64,000 nt of DNA from Azolla caroliniana. Lineage: Eukaryota; Plantae; Polypodiophyta. This document shows, piece by piece, positions 1-14,050 of this stretch (position 1 is the stretch's first letter; every line of letters starts with the position of its first letter). Both the position numbers and the translations under genes were made by a program. Below the pieces are notes generated by a model. The model worked only from the letters and a program-made list of their open reading frames with translations. It did no database searches and was not told where the DNA came from. The stretch covers positions 18,414,001-18,478,000 of the forward strand of contig JBHGNT010000002.1 in the NCBI GenBank assembly GCA_043228905.1. The letters are read 5' to 3'.

Positions 1-2893
1 AATCCTTCTTTTAGTACTAATTCCTTCTCTGCCTTAATAGAGTTCCTGACAACGAGAGGGAATCCTTGCCGAACTGACCTGGAGATAGGAAATAGTGGCC
101 CATATCCTCCAGCAAACAAAATAGAACTAGAAGTATGCATGTATAGGGCAGAGACACCTTTTATCCATGCAACAGGAAAACCTAATCTTGATAGCACTAC
201 CTCAAGAAAGTCCCAATTCACTTTATCATAAGCCTTTTCAAAGTCAAACAATAATATTGCAAGTTGTTGTTTATTTTGCTGAGCTAAAGCAACCATTTCC
301 CAAAACAAAAAAATGCTATAAAAAATGCTTCTATCTTGCAAAAAACCAAATTGTGTGTCATGAATAATAAACGGCAACACCAATCTTAGTTTCAGAGTAA
401 TGGTTTTTGCCACAATCTTTTACACGCCATTAAGCAATGTTATTGCCCTCCACATGGTGACTTCATCACACTGGCAATCTGACTTAGGGATCATATATAT
501 GATTCCTTCCGTTCATTCCGCAGGCATATTACCGCTTGAAAATATTAAATTAACCGCTCTAGTAAGTAGAGGACCTAGGAAATCCCAATAATGCAAATAG
601 AAGCCAATTCCTATTCCATCTTTTCTCGGATAGAAATTGTTTCCTAAGGATTTAGCTATAGAAAAAACCACTTGTGATGTGAATGGTTGCAATCATAGAT
701 TGACATATTCGCATTCGTGGGGTTTCCCATTCGAATGCAAACAAATACGCATACAAATGTATGGTCAAGTATTCGTTTAACCCAAAAAAAAAAAAAAAAG
801 AGTACAAGAACTTCCTCCTTTCTTAGTTTCCTAGGATAATAAAAAAGGAACTTGACAATAAAAAGGGAGATTAAAAGAAGAACTTGACACTAATAAATTT
901 TTATAATAAATGTAAAAGTATTCGTTTTATTTTTAATAAATAAATAAAATAAAATTAAGGGTCATTAATTCCTCAGTTTTTTTCGTCTCAAAATTTATGG
1001 ATATTTTTATCTTGACATTAAAATTTGGACTTCACACTAATCATACTTTTATAATAAATATAAAAATATTTATTTTAAAAAAAATAATTAATTAAAATAA
1101 AGGTTTATAAACTTCCCCATTTTTTATTTGACACTATAAAGTAATCATATTTTTATAATCTATTAATGAATGTTTTTTCTTTTTTTAGTGAATTAAATTT
1201 ATTTAAATATAAAAATGAATAAATAAATATTTTGTATATTTATTTTGTAAAACGAATGGTTTTATAATATTCTTGGGTCCATTTCGTATTCTCGAATATT
1301 ACGAATATGACGCATGTAGAATATAACGAATATGACGCATGTGTCAATCTATGGTTGCAATAAATGAGATGCCATTACATCTGGAACCTTCTGTTGAACA
1401 GTTGCAAGAACAACTTGTCGTTTGTAAAGATTATCTGCCGAAAAAGATTACGCAGACAACAATTGATGCTAATAATCTGAGACTATATCTCGCATCTCAG
1501 AGTCATCTGATGTATAGGATCCATCAAGCCACTTCAAAGAAGTAATAGAAATAGATTTATTTTTCCATTTAAACTGATTAACAAATTGTTTGTTGACTCG
1601 ATCCTGCCTTTGTGACCAGCGAGCAACATTACGGTAGTAAAAGAACATTGAGCGTTTCTCCTGCTTTTCTTTTAAAATGTTTTTCACTCATTGCAAGCCA
1701 CAATGTAGCATAGATGAAGTTGGATACCTTTCCAATAGTTGTTGTATTGCTCCAAGAGCACGATGTAGGTTGGCAAATTCTGAATTGCAATGATAAACCG
1801 ATATTGCAATTATTTTTTGTGAATAGAGACTTTGTATCGAGTATGGCATGAACCATATTGCTAAGCAAACACTCGTCTGAGAAGTTATAACTCGACCATA
1901 TCTAAGTGATCGCCATCCTGTAACTATCATTAAATAGCAATGAAGGAGGGATATGCAATTGCTTGGAATATCGCCTCTTGGTAAATGTAACATGTAACTT
2001 CATAGGACCATGGTTAGAGATAACTGATCCCGGAATAATTCCTAGGAACCCACTCACCTCCCAAAAGACATTACTAGCATAAAATCTATCTAGTCGAGAC
2101 AAATTTGTAACAACTACACTCCCATTTGATCGAGAGAACTAAAGGGATCATTGTATGCGTGAAAACGAGTGCACCTTCCATAAATCAAGTAAACCAAAAG
2201 CAAAACAAGAATAATCCCAACACTTACCCTCCCGTCTTGAAATAGTAGTACCTATACCTCCGAATCTATCAACAACATCCTCAATCATATTAAAGAGATA
2301 AATCCGCATAATCAGAAAGAGAAAACCATAAATCTGCCCTTTTTGAGGTAGAATTAGGGGCCAACCTTCTGAGATCCTCTTTTTAAAATAAGGAATTGTG
2401 CCCGTTTATTCATAGTAGTAGTTGCCGACACGATGTGAGACTGCAGTTGTTGTCTAATAGCAATGCATAATCTAGCCTAACGGCCATTAGGGCAAATGCA
2501 GGAACCCAGAAATGAGTCCACCATCCTGGTAAAATGGAACCATATTTCCGAATCCTATCCATGCATAGGTGATGCTCTTGTAGAAACAAAATATCAATAA
2601 TACCAACAATAGAAGTACCTAAATTTGATCGTAGGAGTCCTTGAAATCTACGAAAGGCCTGTCCACCCAGGCCTTGTACATTCCAGGAAAGAAAATGTAA
2701 GGTGTCCATATTACATAGGTTTTAGTGGTGTCCTCTTCTCAAGAAGAGCCTCTTCACGGCCTTTCTGAGCACCTTCATGAGTTCTCGCTTGTCTTTTTAA
2801 AACCAAATAATTCCATGCATACTTATGCACCCTATGTTCCTTAACTTGCTTTTGAGTGGTTTGAATTGTCAAAGGATCTTGTGAAGCTGTAAA
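1..2893 (-). mobile_element. Decayed LINE (L1-like): end of ORF1 and ORF2 (endonuclease into RT region), running off the left edge
   Basis: ORF 2410-2709 begins MDTLHFLSWNVQGLGG...DILFLQEH (APE endonuclease N-terminus); 1902-2102 has SRLDRFY...SNHGP (APE C-terminal motifs); many stops and frameshifts; putative ORF1 TAA lies 1 nt before the ORF2 ATG. Confidence 0.85.
694..1353. mobile_element. hAT-type MITE inserted in the LINE
   Basis: Perfect 12-bp TIR CATAGATTGACA (694-705) / TGTCAATCTATG (1342-1353); perfect 8-bp TSD GTTGCAAT (686-693, 1354-1361); AT-rich non-coding interior. Confidence 0.9.
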
Positions 2894-3861
2894 TTGAAAT
2901 CCAGCACAAGGGAGTTTATCTACACCCTTAGCCATTTCAAGAGCCAGCTCCATGTCGCTGGCAAACAATATAAGGATCACGCTAATCGTCATCTCTTGGC
3001 CGCGCCGACCTTTGCAGTCGGTGACATGGTTTGGTTGCTACGCTGTCACATCACCACCACTTGTCCTTGCGCGAAGCTAGACTACAAAACGCTAGGTCTT
3101 GTCCATATCATCGAGCAAGTCAACCCAGTCACATTCTGGTTAGAGCTTCCCCCAGCTTTTTGGATTCACAATGTTTTCCACGTCTCTCTCCTTGAAGTAT
3201 ACCATCCTTCTCGAATTCCAGGACAACAACCTCCTCCACCACCTATGGAATTATCGACAGGAGAGGAGTACGAGGTTGACCAGATCCTTGACTCCCGCTT
3301 GCGACGACGACGACTTCAATATTTGGTCTTATGGAAAGCTTATGCCATTTCAGATGCCACGTGGGAACCGGTTACACATTTACAAAATGCTCCTGAAGCC
3401 ATTAACGATTTTCATCAACAGTACGCCGGCCTTAGGCCTAGGGAGAGAATAATGTCATAGACATATGCTACACCACGGTGGAAGGCAGGGATTGAACCCA
3501 AGCATTGGGCAACCCTACCAACTAAGCTACATCCATCTATGCATCCTTGTATAAAATCCAACTTTATGTATGGTAGATTGAACATTGGAAGTTCCTAGCT
3601 TGCATGCATCCTCATGCATCCTCTATTCCTAGCTTGCATACATGCATTCTCTATTCCTATCTTGCATGCATCTTCATGCATTCTCTATTCCTAGCTAGCA
3701 TACATACCTCTACCTTCTTGTATAAATACTCAGGTGCACCTTGATTCTAAACAAGGTGAACAACACCAGTTACAGAATCATAAGTCAAGTTCTTGTTCTT
3801 TTTCTCTCTCCTAGTTCTTAGTCTCGTCTTGTTCCTACTCAATTTATACTCGTCCGTGACA
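2894..3861 (+). mobile_element. Ty3/gypsy chromovirus 3' fragment (integrase C-terminus, chromodomain, 3' LTR)
   Basis: ORF has KLDYK.LG, IHNVFHVSLL and EYEVDQILDSR...YLVLWKAY...ATWEP (chromodomain); purine tract GGGAGAGAATAA, then LTR TGTCA...TGACA. Confidence 0.9.
3453..3861 (+). repeat. LTR, same family as the LTRs at 17979 and 20662
   Basis: TGTCA/TGACA ends, TATAAATA near 3721, TGCATG-rich subrepeats; reverse-complement similarity to 17979-18343 and 20662-21087. Confidence 0.85.
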
Positions 3862-5155
3862 GGTTGAGCTTTTGCCCAAACTAGCTCTAAAACCTTATTC
3901 CGGAGAGAAAGGAATTGACCCAGATGAAAACAACATAAGTATCGTTAATGGATCATTTCAAAGTAGCCAACTGCCTTCATCACTAGTTAACTAGTTGCTT
4001 TATCCCTCGTTAACTAGCTTCATCACTAGATCATTACTAAACAACAAGGTGTTGTCATTGTTCAAACACGACGCATATCGTGACATTATATTACTCGTCA
4101 CTTCTATCTCTCGCTAAATGTCATGTTTAGCATCACGAAAACACATTGTTGAACACCACAACAACAACAACAAATTCATCGAACATCACAAAAATGGAAA
4201 GAAAAAGAGAGAAAAATGTCCCCTTGTGTCAGTAATTAGCTTGTTGGCTAGCTTCATCACAACTGCGTCGAAGTTACGAAGGGAGGCACTTGAGGGCAAG
4301 GGAGGGAGCTAGGTTTCCCACTCCCCTTGGTCTCCCTCTTTCCTAACCTCCAAAAGAATCTAAGAATTTTATTTTTTCAAGTCCCAAGACTAAAGTGCTC
4401 AAATCTTAAAGTTTCCCACCACAAGAATGTCAACAAACAATACACACACAATATGTTTGTTTTGTGTCAATGTGTGTGTGGTGTGTTCAAGGTCCCAATG
4501 CTCCCACGTCTTGCACGCATGTTTCGCACCATTCTCTCTGATTCTCGAGACACACACTCTGCATATTGACCACAGGAAGCCTAGTGGTCACGAATCACGA
4601 CTAATTTAACACTCACTTTTTTCGGCCGGTTAAAAACAAGAATGGTTGGAGAGGGAACATCCATATTGATATTCCTATAGTCTGTCCTAGCTGGTGGTGC
4701 CAAAGCCAAAAAGGCTGTTGTCTTGGTGAGCCTTTTTGAGATTAGACTCGTGGGGTTCATTCTGAAAAGGAGGGAGAGAGGACCCCATGTCCCTCCATGC
4801 CCAAAATGCACACAAGTCAAGTCGCATGCAAAAAGACAATCCAGCTTTTAGAATAAAAAGCTGAGTGGTTTCTAGCTGTGTTGGTTCCCTAAAGAGAACA
4901 TAAAAGCAAGCCTTTATCCATTCCTATCCATCGTATATGTATGTATTTTTTTTGTATATAATGTACATAATGTAATGTAATGTAATTCATGGGCAGATTC
5001 ACATTCCCTGTGATTTATATAAAGTGACTGACTCACGTGGTCGATCCAATTCGTTTCCGAAAACCTACTAGTGTAGAAAGAAAGAAAGAAAAGCTGTCCA
5101 GACCAGACCGAAGACATGCTTCTTCTTCTTCTTCTTGTGTGAGTCTTTTCTGTGA

Positions 5156-5296
5156 ATATATATATATATATATATATATTGTTTGGAACATCTGGGACAT
5201 GAATCAATTCAAGATTGTTAATATAATTAGCCGATGAGAGATCGCTCAACTTAAACCATCTGTCAAATTTTGATGACACTCTCCTCTATCTACATA

Positions 5297-5349
<53 letters not shown>

Positions 5350-5377
5350 ATTTATTTATATATATATATATATATAG
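5156..5377. repeat. (TA)n microsatellites
   Basis: Long TA runs at about 5156-5178 and 5294-5376. Confidence 0.9.
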
Positions 5378-6019
5378 TATGCACAATGCGTAGCTATTAA
5401 GAATTTTTAATCTCTCCTTCTCTACGTAAACATTAACAATGTTGATTTCATTCATGAATAATTCTAGGATGAGGTACCTACCACCAACCATTACTATGCG
5501 TCTTCCTAGTTTGATATCAAATTAAGTCATACCAGCTTTTATGTTCTGTTGAATAATGCTACTGCAATTCTCTTGTTAATACTGCTTTAAGAGTTCCCTG
5601 TAAAACCCATGAATTGTTGAAAGTACTGAGAGCTTATATATATATATATATACACACACACCATTGTCGAGTTTCCTGAGACTCAATAATTACTGAATCT
5701 TGGATTAATCTCAGTTAATTCTGCATATTGCACATATTGAATCCAGGAAAAATGATACGATATTGTAGTCAATCTGATCCTGGATCATTGTGTACAATAT
5801 ACTGAGACTTTCTTTATAGTCAATAATTAATGAGATCTGACCACTGCAGAGCACTTTTTAAAGGCATTTGAATTTTGGACGAAAGTAAAGTAAAGAGAAA
5901 TCCCCAAATATAATTTCATCTATGTTGTACTCATCATGATAATATATGCAGTGTTCATTGATGAGTAATTAAATCAGCCTTAAGTTTGTACAATTCTCAG
6001 TAATTGCACCTAATATAAT

Positions 6020-7910
6020 TTATTTGACATGATGATGAGCAGGCTCTCGATGAGGATAATGGATATGATGATCTGCAGGATTTATACTGGTCATGTTGTT
6101 CTTAATCTGCAGACTTGGGATCAAATAATTTACATCATGGTGATGGCTATGGTTTTGATAGGAATCGAAAACATCTGTAGAGTTGTATAAATCATTATGA
6201 TATCTGCTTACAGTACTACTAACTTTAGAATTCTGCATATTGTACATATTGAATCCTGGATTATTGATCATATTATGATCAATCTGATCCTGATCGCCCA
6301 ACAATTGCATGCTGTTGTTGTTGCTAGTATTCAATTGGAATAGATCATGATTGTGATTATGAATGTGAGCAGATTTACCATAGTCACCGTTCGGATGGAT
6401 AGGCATGGGGTTGATGATATTCGTTGAGCCCATGGCCTGATCAACGTGACGACCATCGGCGATTAAACCATTCATACAATTATATCCATTACCGCCGTTC
6501 ATCATCATCATCGGCTGTGCCATCAATGGATTATTGACGTTAACACGAGGATCAGAAGATAATGCAGTACTCATACCTTGGACATCACAGTGGCGGCTGT
6601 GTTCCGGCAGTGAAGGAATGTAAGGCGGTGAATCCATGACAGATTTGAAATTATTATCGCACACAAGCTCGATGGGGGGATCCTGATGATCATCCAATAA
6701 TATTGAATCATCCTGATGAGGTGGATCCTGTGCCTGATCATCATCATTAGCATGGTCAATGAGCCTGCCGCTGCCTGAAGACGATGGGGGCGCATCCCTG
6801 GTGGCGAGTGCCGTGTTCATCATGTCAATTAATATGTCCGATTCGTTACCATAAGGGCATCTGTTACCATTATGGTATGGCCTGGTCTGATCCACAACTG
6901 CCACTGCATCATCTGCTTGATGAGGAGGAGGGATAAGAGTAGACTTAGGGTAATTAGGCTCACTATTGGATCTACTGTGATGGATGGGATTTCGATCGTG
7001 CTGGTGATGATGCATATGGTCATAATTCATATGTAAAGTTTCTGGGGGAGGATGGTGATGAATGGGGTTGTCCTGCATCGTGCCCAGACTATCGTAATTA
7101 TAGTTACTACTAGTATTAGCAGGGGCACTACCAATATACAAATTATAGTTACTACTAGTAGCAGGTTGATCCGATAGTAGCTGTGCAGGATTGGGATTGG
7201 GATTGGGATTGGGATTGGATTGATGATGATGATGATGATGCAGGAAGGGGAACTTCTGATGATGATGAGGATGATCATTCTGGATTGAACCCTGCATAAT
7301 CGATGATGATATTGACGACGATGATGATCCCATATTGTATATCTCATGATCAACATTAACATGGCTTAGATGACTATGATGATATGGATGGCTCGCCACA
7401 GCCAAATCCTTCATTGAATCTACCTGCTGCCTAATGAGGTTACCAAATGTATAATTAGAGTGATTGTCCTTATGATGATGATGATGATGATGATGATCGT
7501 TGGCATCATTAATTGTGCTGGATGGAGACCCTGTCGCTGCAGCTAGCTTCTTCAGTTTCTTCTTGATGCAAGAATTCCAGTAGTTCTTAATCTCATTGTC
7601 GGTTCTGCCAGGCAACCGCAATGCGATCTGAGACCACCTATAAACAGAATAACACAATCATGTCATCAAATCGTTACATCACAGGGGCATTAATAGATTC
7701 TTGGGTGATTAATTATAAATTATAATGCCTTTAAGATGAATTCATGGAATTGCATGTCCACTCTACCAATAACTATCGAAATAATTATCAATCATTCATT
7801 CTGTGCAGGAGGAGGATCAGGTAATGGCTCATCCAAGTGATTAAACTAAAGTGAATTATGTGCATATATATATATAATTATGTATGTAAACAGGCATATC
7901 TTCTATCCAT

Positions 7911-7943
<33 letters not shown>

Positions 7944-9007
7944 CCAATCAATAAAAAGATTGGACTCCACAGTCAGTCTGGACAAACCGGTTGCCCAGGC
8001 GAGCTTGGAGGTCAATGATGGTCTTCTCTTCGTGGGTAGAGAGGCTGCCCCGCTTCAGATCCGGCCGCAAATAATTCATCCATCGCAGCCGGCAGCTCTT
8101 CCCACACCGCTGCAGGCCTGGTCAAAAAGAAAGACCAAAAAAACAACATTTGGACAGTCAGTAGTAGAATTACTCGATGTGTCCTAAATGGTTTGAACCA
8201 TATCAATGATTAAACTTGAAGAATTTAAGGGCAATTAGGGGGACTAATTATTCAGAAGTAGATGATGATGGTACATTAGACAGGGGCATCCATGGAAAAC
8301 ATATATAATTGACGGACTAATCTAAAGAATGTGGCCTCTGATCAGGCCATAGCTTTTTTTTCCAACTCGCCCCTTTCCACAAATGAGAAAAGAGCGAAAG
8401 CCTAATTAAAACAGATCCAGATTCATGGCGCAGGAGGAGCTCTTGACTTCTTCTTCTTCACACACAAGATCCATGATTTTATTTTATTTTTTGGTTGTGG
8501 CTGGCTAATTTGGGCGAATGTGGATCTGATGAATTGGAAGGAATGTATAAATAAATAGTAAATACCTGCTAGTTTGGGGATGCTGCTCCAGCAAGCAGAG
8601 TGGCCGTGGGTTGTAATGAAGAGCCGCAGCTTCTCGTCCTCGTCAGGTGACCATAACCCTTTCTTCACTTTATGTGCACTGGACATCCTATTATGATTAC
8701 TGTTATTATTATCCTTATTATGAGGAGGATGATTATAGTCGCCCTGCTGTTGTGCATGCTCACTGTTGCTATTGCTGTTGCTGTTGCTGCTGCTGCTGCT
8801 ACTGCTGCTGCTGTCACATGAAGGTCGTGATCGCATATGAGGAGGGGGTGGAGCTATGGTATGATGATGGCCTTCATCCTTCTTGGCTTCATCAGCTATG
8901 GATAATGGATGATGATTGCCGGGATTGATCGCAGCAGCAGCGGTGGCAGAAGGATCGCTTGTTGACATTATTGCAGCCGATTGAGGCTGAGGCGAGGAGG
9001 AACCCAT
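6020..9007 (-). CDS. R2R3-MYB transcription factor (MYB46/MYB55/MYB61-like, subgroup-13-type clade), about 729 aa; exons 9007-8566, 8117-7988, 7637-6020
   Basis: Spliced domain [15 protein letters not shown]...[10 protein letters not shown]|[23 protein letters not shown]...LGNR|[28 protein letters not shown]; GT-AG introns at canonical positions; canonical 130-nt exon 2; exon lengths 442+130+1618 keep frame; start codon choice less certain. Confidence 0.93.
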
Positions 9008-9399
9008 GGATAATACAAATTGTAGTACATCTAGCAATCAAATCAATATGCATATGATGAATTTATCATCGACAGATTCGGCTGCATACATATATATATA
9101 TATATGGTAATGCCAATGTGTGTTTTCTCTCAGATTTTAACTTATATCGTGACGCCAGAGCACGTCCACTGATGAAAGAAACATTGGTGTACATATATAT
9201 ATTGGAGGAGGAAGTGAATTGAGTATTACATAGGTGAAGAATTGATTAAGCTGAGGAGGGGAAGAATGGATCCGCATTACGATAATGATGATGATTGTGT
9301 GTACTGTTAGAGGAGGAAAGGAGGGAGGAGGGGATTGAGATATTAAAGAATAAAGGCTCTACTCTTCTTAATCGTACGACGACCACACAGCTATCAGGC

Positions 9400-10410
9400 T
9401 GCTACTAACTATGTACATACTACTACAACAACAACAACAACTACTACTACTACTACTAATTAAATTTGAGTTTAATAATGAAAAGAAAGAGAGAGAGAGA
9501 GAGAAGAAAAACAGATGGGCTGAAGAGAATTAATTTTAATTTAATGAAAAGAGAGAGAGAGAGAGAGAGGAAAACGGAGGGGGCTGGTGGTGCTGGTGCC
9601 AACCCGATTTTCGCAGATAACTAACTGATGATGGCTATTTTTATAAATATATATATATAATTTGTATGTAATTTGTAAATTGTAATTGGGAATGAGTCAG
9701 TCATTCAATCATGGATGGATGGATGGATGTGGATTTGTGTTTGTGTTTGGGTTTGGCAAGGAAAAAAGGCAAAAGGAAAAAGGAAAAAAGGAAAGGGGGG
9801 AAAGAAGAGGTGTGTTTTTTGTTTCTTTGTTTTGGGTTGGAGGAGGAAGAGCTCTTTTATTTTTGACGTATGTACATATACTTCTAAAATACTCGGTAGT
9901 CTTATTAAATTTTCGACGTCCTTTTCTTTCACTTATATATATAAATATATATAAAAGAAGCAGCAGCAGCAGCAGCTTTATATATGTACATACATATTAC
10001 ATACTTACGATCTATCTATCTATCTATTTTATCCATGTATCTCTATACAGGGGCGGTGCTATATATGCATATGCATACATATCTGCAGAGTGTGAGAATG
10101 GGGGAGATGATTCTGTGGCGTGTGTCTCAAGGCTTATCAAATAATTACGTACATATATTACTACATGTGCATGTGCATGTGCATGTGCAGCAACACTATA
10201 ATATATATACATGTAATATATCAATCAAAATCTTAGCTCCATTGTCCCCACCCTCTCTCTTTCAGACACACACACAATTATATATGGATTTAAACGATAT
10301 ATGTTCTCTTATTTATATACGTGTGTGTAGGTGTGGGTGTGGATGTGTGTACTTTGAGAACCAATTATAATAAAAATTGTCCTCTCTCTCTCTCTCTCTC
10401 TCTCTACTAA
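9400..10410. repeat. Microsatellite-rich upstream region of the MYB gene
   Basis: (CAA)n/(CTA)n, (GA)n, (GCA)n, (TGTGCA)n and (CT)n tracts. Confidence 0.7.
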
Positions 10411-11499
10411 TCCATGAGCTGGCGGATGCATTGGAGGTGACCCCGCAACGATAGCCCAATCGGTCCTTCGAATACTCCTAGTTGTATTAATTTTTAACGT
10501 GCCACTTGTCGGTGTGAATCAATTCAATCAAATATTAAGATGGACGCAGAAATATAACTAGTACTACAATGTTATTGTAGTAGTAGCCTTTCACAAAAGA
10601 TGGTAGGCCTCCAAGACAATAATATTATTGTCCCATGACACATAACAAAGGGATTGTTTTACTTGGTACTCCACTTTTGACGTTTTTCTTTTGCAACATA
10701 AGGTAGGGGAATTTAGGCCCACGTCATCGTTCTTTAGGAACCTTCTCGACCTACAATGATGTCGGACCCCCAATGTCTCCGTCTACTCGAATATCGTAAG
10801 CCTATTAGAAATGAATGCATATAATTTCTCTTGGACAACCATATCAATGGCTCCTATTGATTGACACGGAACTATATATATATATATATATATATAACAT
10901 CACCCATGATCGTACAAATGAAAATAAAGAGAATAGCTTTTACAAAAGTTGGATATTTAGTTATCATTATTGAAGGCTATTAGCCATTTCCCGATTTATC
11001 ATTGTTTTGTCAAACAATGCTTTAGTACTATGGCAATGGTTAATTTTTGCCATACATCTAAAAAAGAATGATAAAAGGAGGGATGCTTCCCATATTGTGA
11101 GTTTTACAAATCATAAAAGGAAAGGCATTAATAAAAGACTTCTGATATTATAGACTTTGGCTAACTCTTATCCACACATGTAGAACTATGTTGGTGCTGG
11201 TCAACATATTTACATTTTATGAAGTGATAACTCAAAAAAGAGTTTGGTCAACATCACTCCTCGTATTTAGGGATGGAGTAAATAAAAGAGTAATTTTATG
11301 GTGGTTTAATGCTAGAAAGGACTTGGTTTCTACAAGCGTGCCACGTTATGCTAGTCCCAACACTTGTAGTTTTGATGATGCTAGTCCCAACACTTGTAGT
11401 TTTGATGTTTCATCAGACATCAAATTGACATCCAATGATTAGATCATGACTAAGAAATTTCACAGGTATAAGAGAACACTTACATAGTTCAAAAAGTTC

Positions 11500-14050
11500 A
11501 TATACAATCATATTTTCATTTGTACAACTACCATCTACCGCATTTCGTGTTGATGGCTTTAATGTTTTTTTGGACATAAGCATAAGACTTCATCATAATC
11601 ATGATAATTAGATCGACGCCCCATTGCGAGCAAAGTATTGCATATCAACATAAAATTTATTTTTTATGGTGTTTGAATTTTTGCATATTCTGTATTGGCG
11701 AGCATTGTTTCACTTGCTTTTCACATGGTCAAATGTTCACTTGATAGAACCAATACACCTTGACAATTGTCTAGTTTTTTGTGAAGCTTGCACAAAACGA
11801 ACATTTATTGGACAACACAAATTTTTATCTTGGTTTCTAGTTTTTTTATGATATAATGTGTGTGTGGATAAAAACTAATATCAAGATATTCTAGAAGCAC
11901 ATCATTACATTCCTAATCTTTCCATAATAGCTTTGAAACCATAGATACAATTGCATTAGGAAGATGTAATGTTACGAAATTCTACATATAGATTCCTAAG
12001 AAATCTATCTTCTTTCCTAAAAATTCATGCTTTTAGCACTTCCCATCTCTAGTACACTAAGAAAAAACCAAGAATTTTTATAGTATCCAATGAATCTAAC
12101 AAGCTTCTCCTCATATTGTTTGATAATCTTTAGAAAATTACCATAAGTCAATAATCCTCATCTTCACGAAGGTTTCTTGCACATCATCCTTCTCCACAAG
12201 AATGCAATGTTTGGACTTGGTTAGAGTGCAAATAGTCATAAATCTTGAAGAAAAGCATGAAGTTAGATGAATATTCATGTTATACAACATCTATCAATTA
12301 TCAAGTGTTAAGTATTAGATAGATAGCCAACAAGTTGGAATCAATCATCGAGCATTAAGCATCAAACATGTCACTTGATGTTAACCAACCCAACTCCATC
12401 AACTCTATTGTTGATCAATTGAAAACAAATTGGATCCCATGATCAAGTGTTAAGTATCGAACGGTTAGGCATCAAATCAACAATTGAAAGGTATACCTAA
12501 GACGTGTTCCATTTAATCAAAGTCTATGCTTCATACTTTAAAATTTCCATTGCAAACAAATTCCAAAACTCTCTTCATGTTCAAGTAGATTGAACCACAT
12601 TAGAACACATGTTCAAACCACAAAAAAATCCTAATATCCTACGATGACTAGTTTTATATAAGCATAATGAAATATCAATACATTGAAAGACATCATTTGG
12701 TGCATAAAATATTCATGACCCATACGTTCTCAACCATTATGACTTGTCCATGAACATCACTTTGAATCACCCAAAGATGTAGCCCATCCCTCATAATAAG
12801 GAGTATACTAGAATAATGTCCACCATTAATTTCCGCATAACAAACATAATATCCTTTATGCTGAAAAAAAGACCCCGACTTAACATGATCCATATTCTCC
12901 ATTGCACAAATACATGCCATCAGCTACTGAAAATATTTCCGCTTCACATATCATAGATAGATAGATATTTTTTAGCATCCATAGATTCCCTTGTAACTCA
13001 TCCATGGTTTAGATTCCAATGTTGCTTATCCGATGCCGTGGGGACTGCACCATTCTTACCAAAATTTAGTTATTAACTATTTGGTTAGAGTGAACATTTG
13101 ATCCTTGCCACAATATTGATTTTCCTTGAAATTGACATTTAGAAGACACATTTGGTAACCGAATAGGATATCTAGAAGAACTCGCCCCCTCATCGTCCTT
13201 GTCATTATTCACATTTCTCTTTTCTCCAACTTGGTTGTTGCCATTGGCACACGTTTCAACCTCAACATTAATCTTTATTCCATATATATTTACTATTTTC
13301 TTCAACACATGTTTGTTTTTTTCCAATAGTAGTACACCATCATTTTCTGTTATATCCTTATTATTTACTAAATGCTTTGGCACGACCACATCATTTGGAG
13401 AAATGAATACCTCTACCATTGGTGTTTTCTGACATTCAATTGTGAAATGGCACAACCCATTACAATTGAAGCAATGTACTACAAATGACCCCCAATGCAA
13501 TCAACATGAAAAAGTACTCACCTCTTCCATTTTTATTTAACTATGTAGGTCTATTATAACTATTATCCGACAACATACATACTCATACCCTAAATAGATT
13601 GTATGCCTTGGGATTTGGGTTAACTTTCACTTTTCATAATCACTATTGCATTTTGAAGAAGAATCCAGTCCACCTTCACCCAAAGTGGGGCATTCTTGCT
13701 TCAAAATTTCTTGGAACTCGGCTAAACTAAAATCATATTGAAATAGACTAGAATGCAAGACAAAACTTTGTCTATTGTTCTTTTGTTCGAAAATTGACCT
13801 CAAAAAAAGTCTTTGGGCCTTTATATACATTCTTGACGCTATTTCCACCCACCATAGTAGTAGTCCATTGTTGGAACCAATCTATGATTGGTGTTTTTCC
13901 TATAAAAAACAAAGAACCATAAAACATGGAGAAAGCTTTGAGGAAATGTATCTTTGCACCGTCTCCACCTCCACAATGTTGTTGAACTCCACGTCCAACA
14001 TAACATCACATTTATGGGGAGAACATCATTTAGTGCCTTACTAGCAACTA
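11500..14050 (-). mobile_element. Highly decayed LINE (ORF1 zinc knuckle plus endonuclease remnants)
   Basis: ORF 13066-13500 has CFNCNGLCHFTIEC (CCHC-like knuckle of LINE ORF1); downstream fragments resemble the APE region; boundaries approximate. Confidence 0.55.

Noticed and set aside
8423-9037. Stand-alone 204-aa protein
   Set aside because: This is MYB exon 1 read through into intron 1, with a non-ATG start
9686-10370. ORFs of 60-150 aa upstream of the MYB
   Set aside because: Translations are microsatellite-derived with no domain signal
11348-11408. 30-bp direct duplication (also a 38-bp one at about 21158-21233)
   Set aside because: Ordinary local slippage duplications with no further structure
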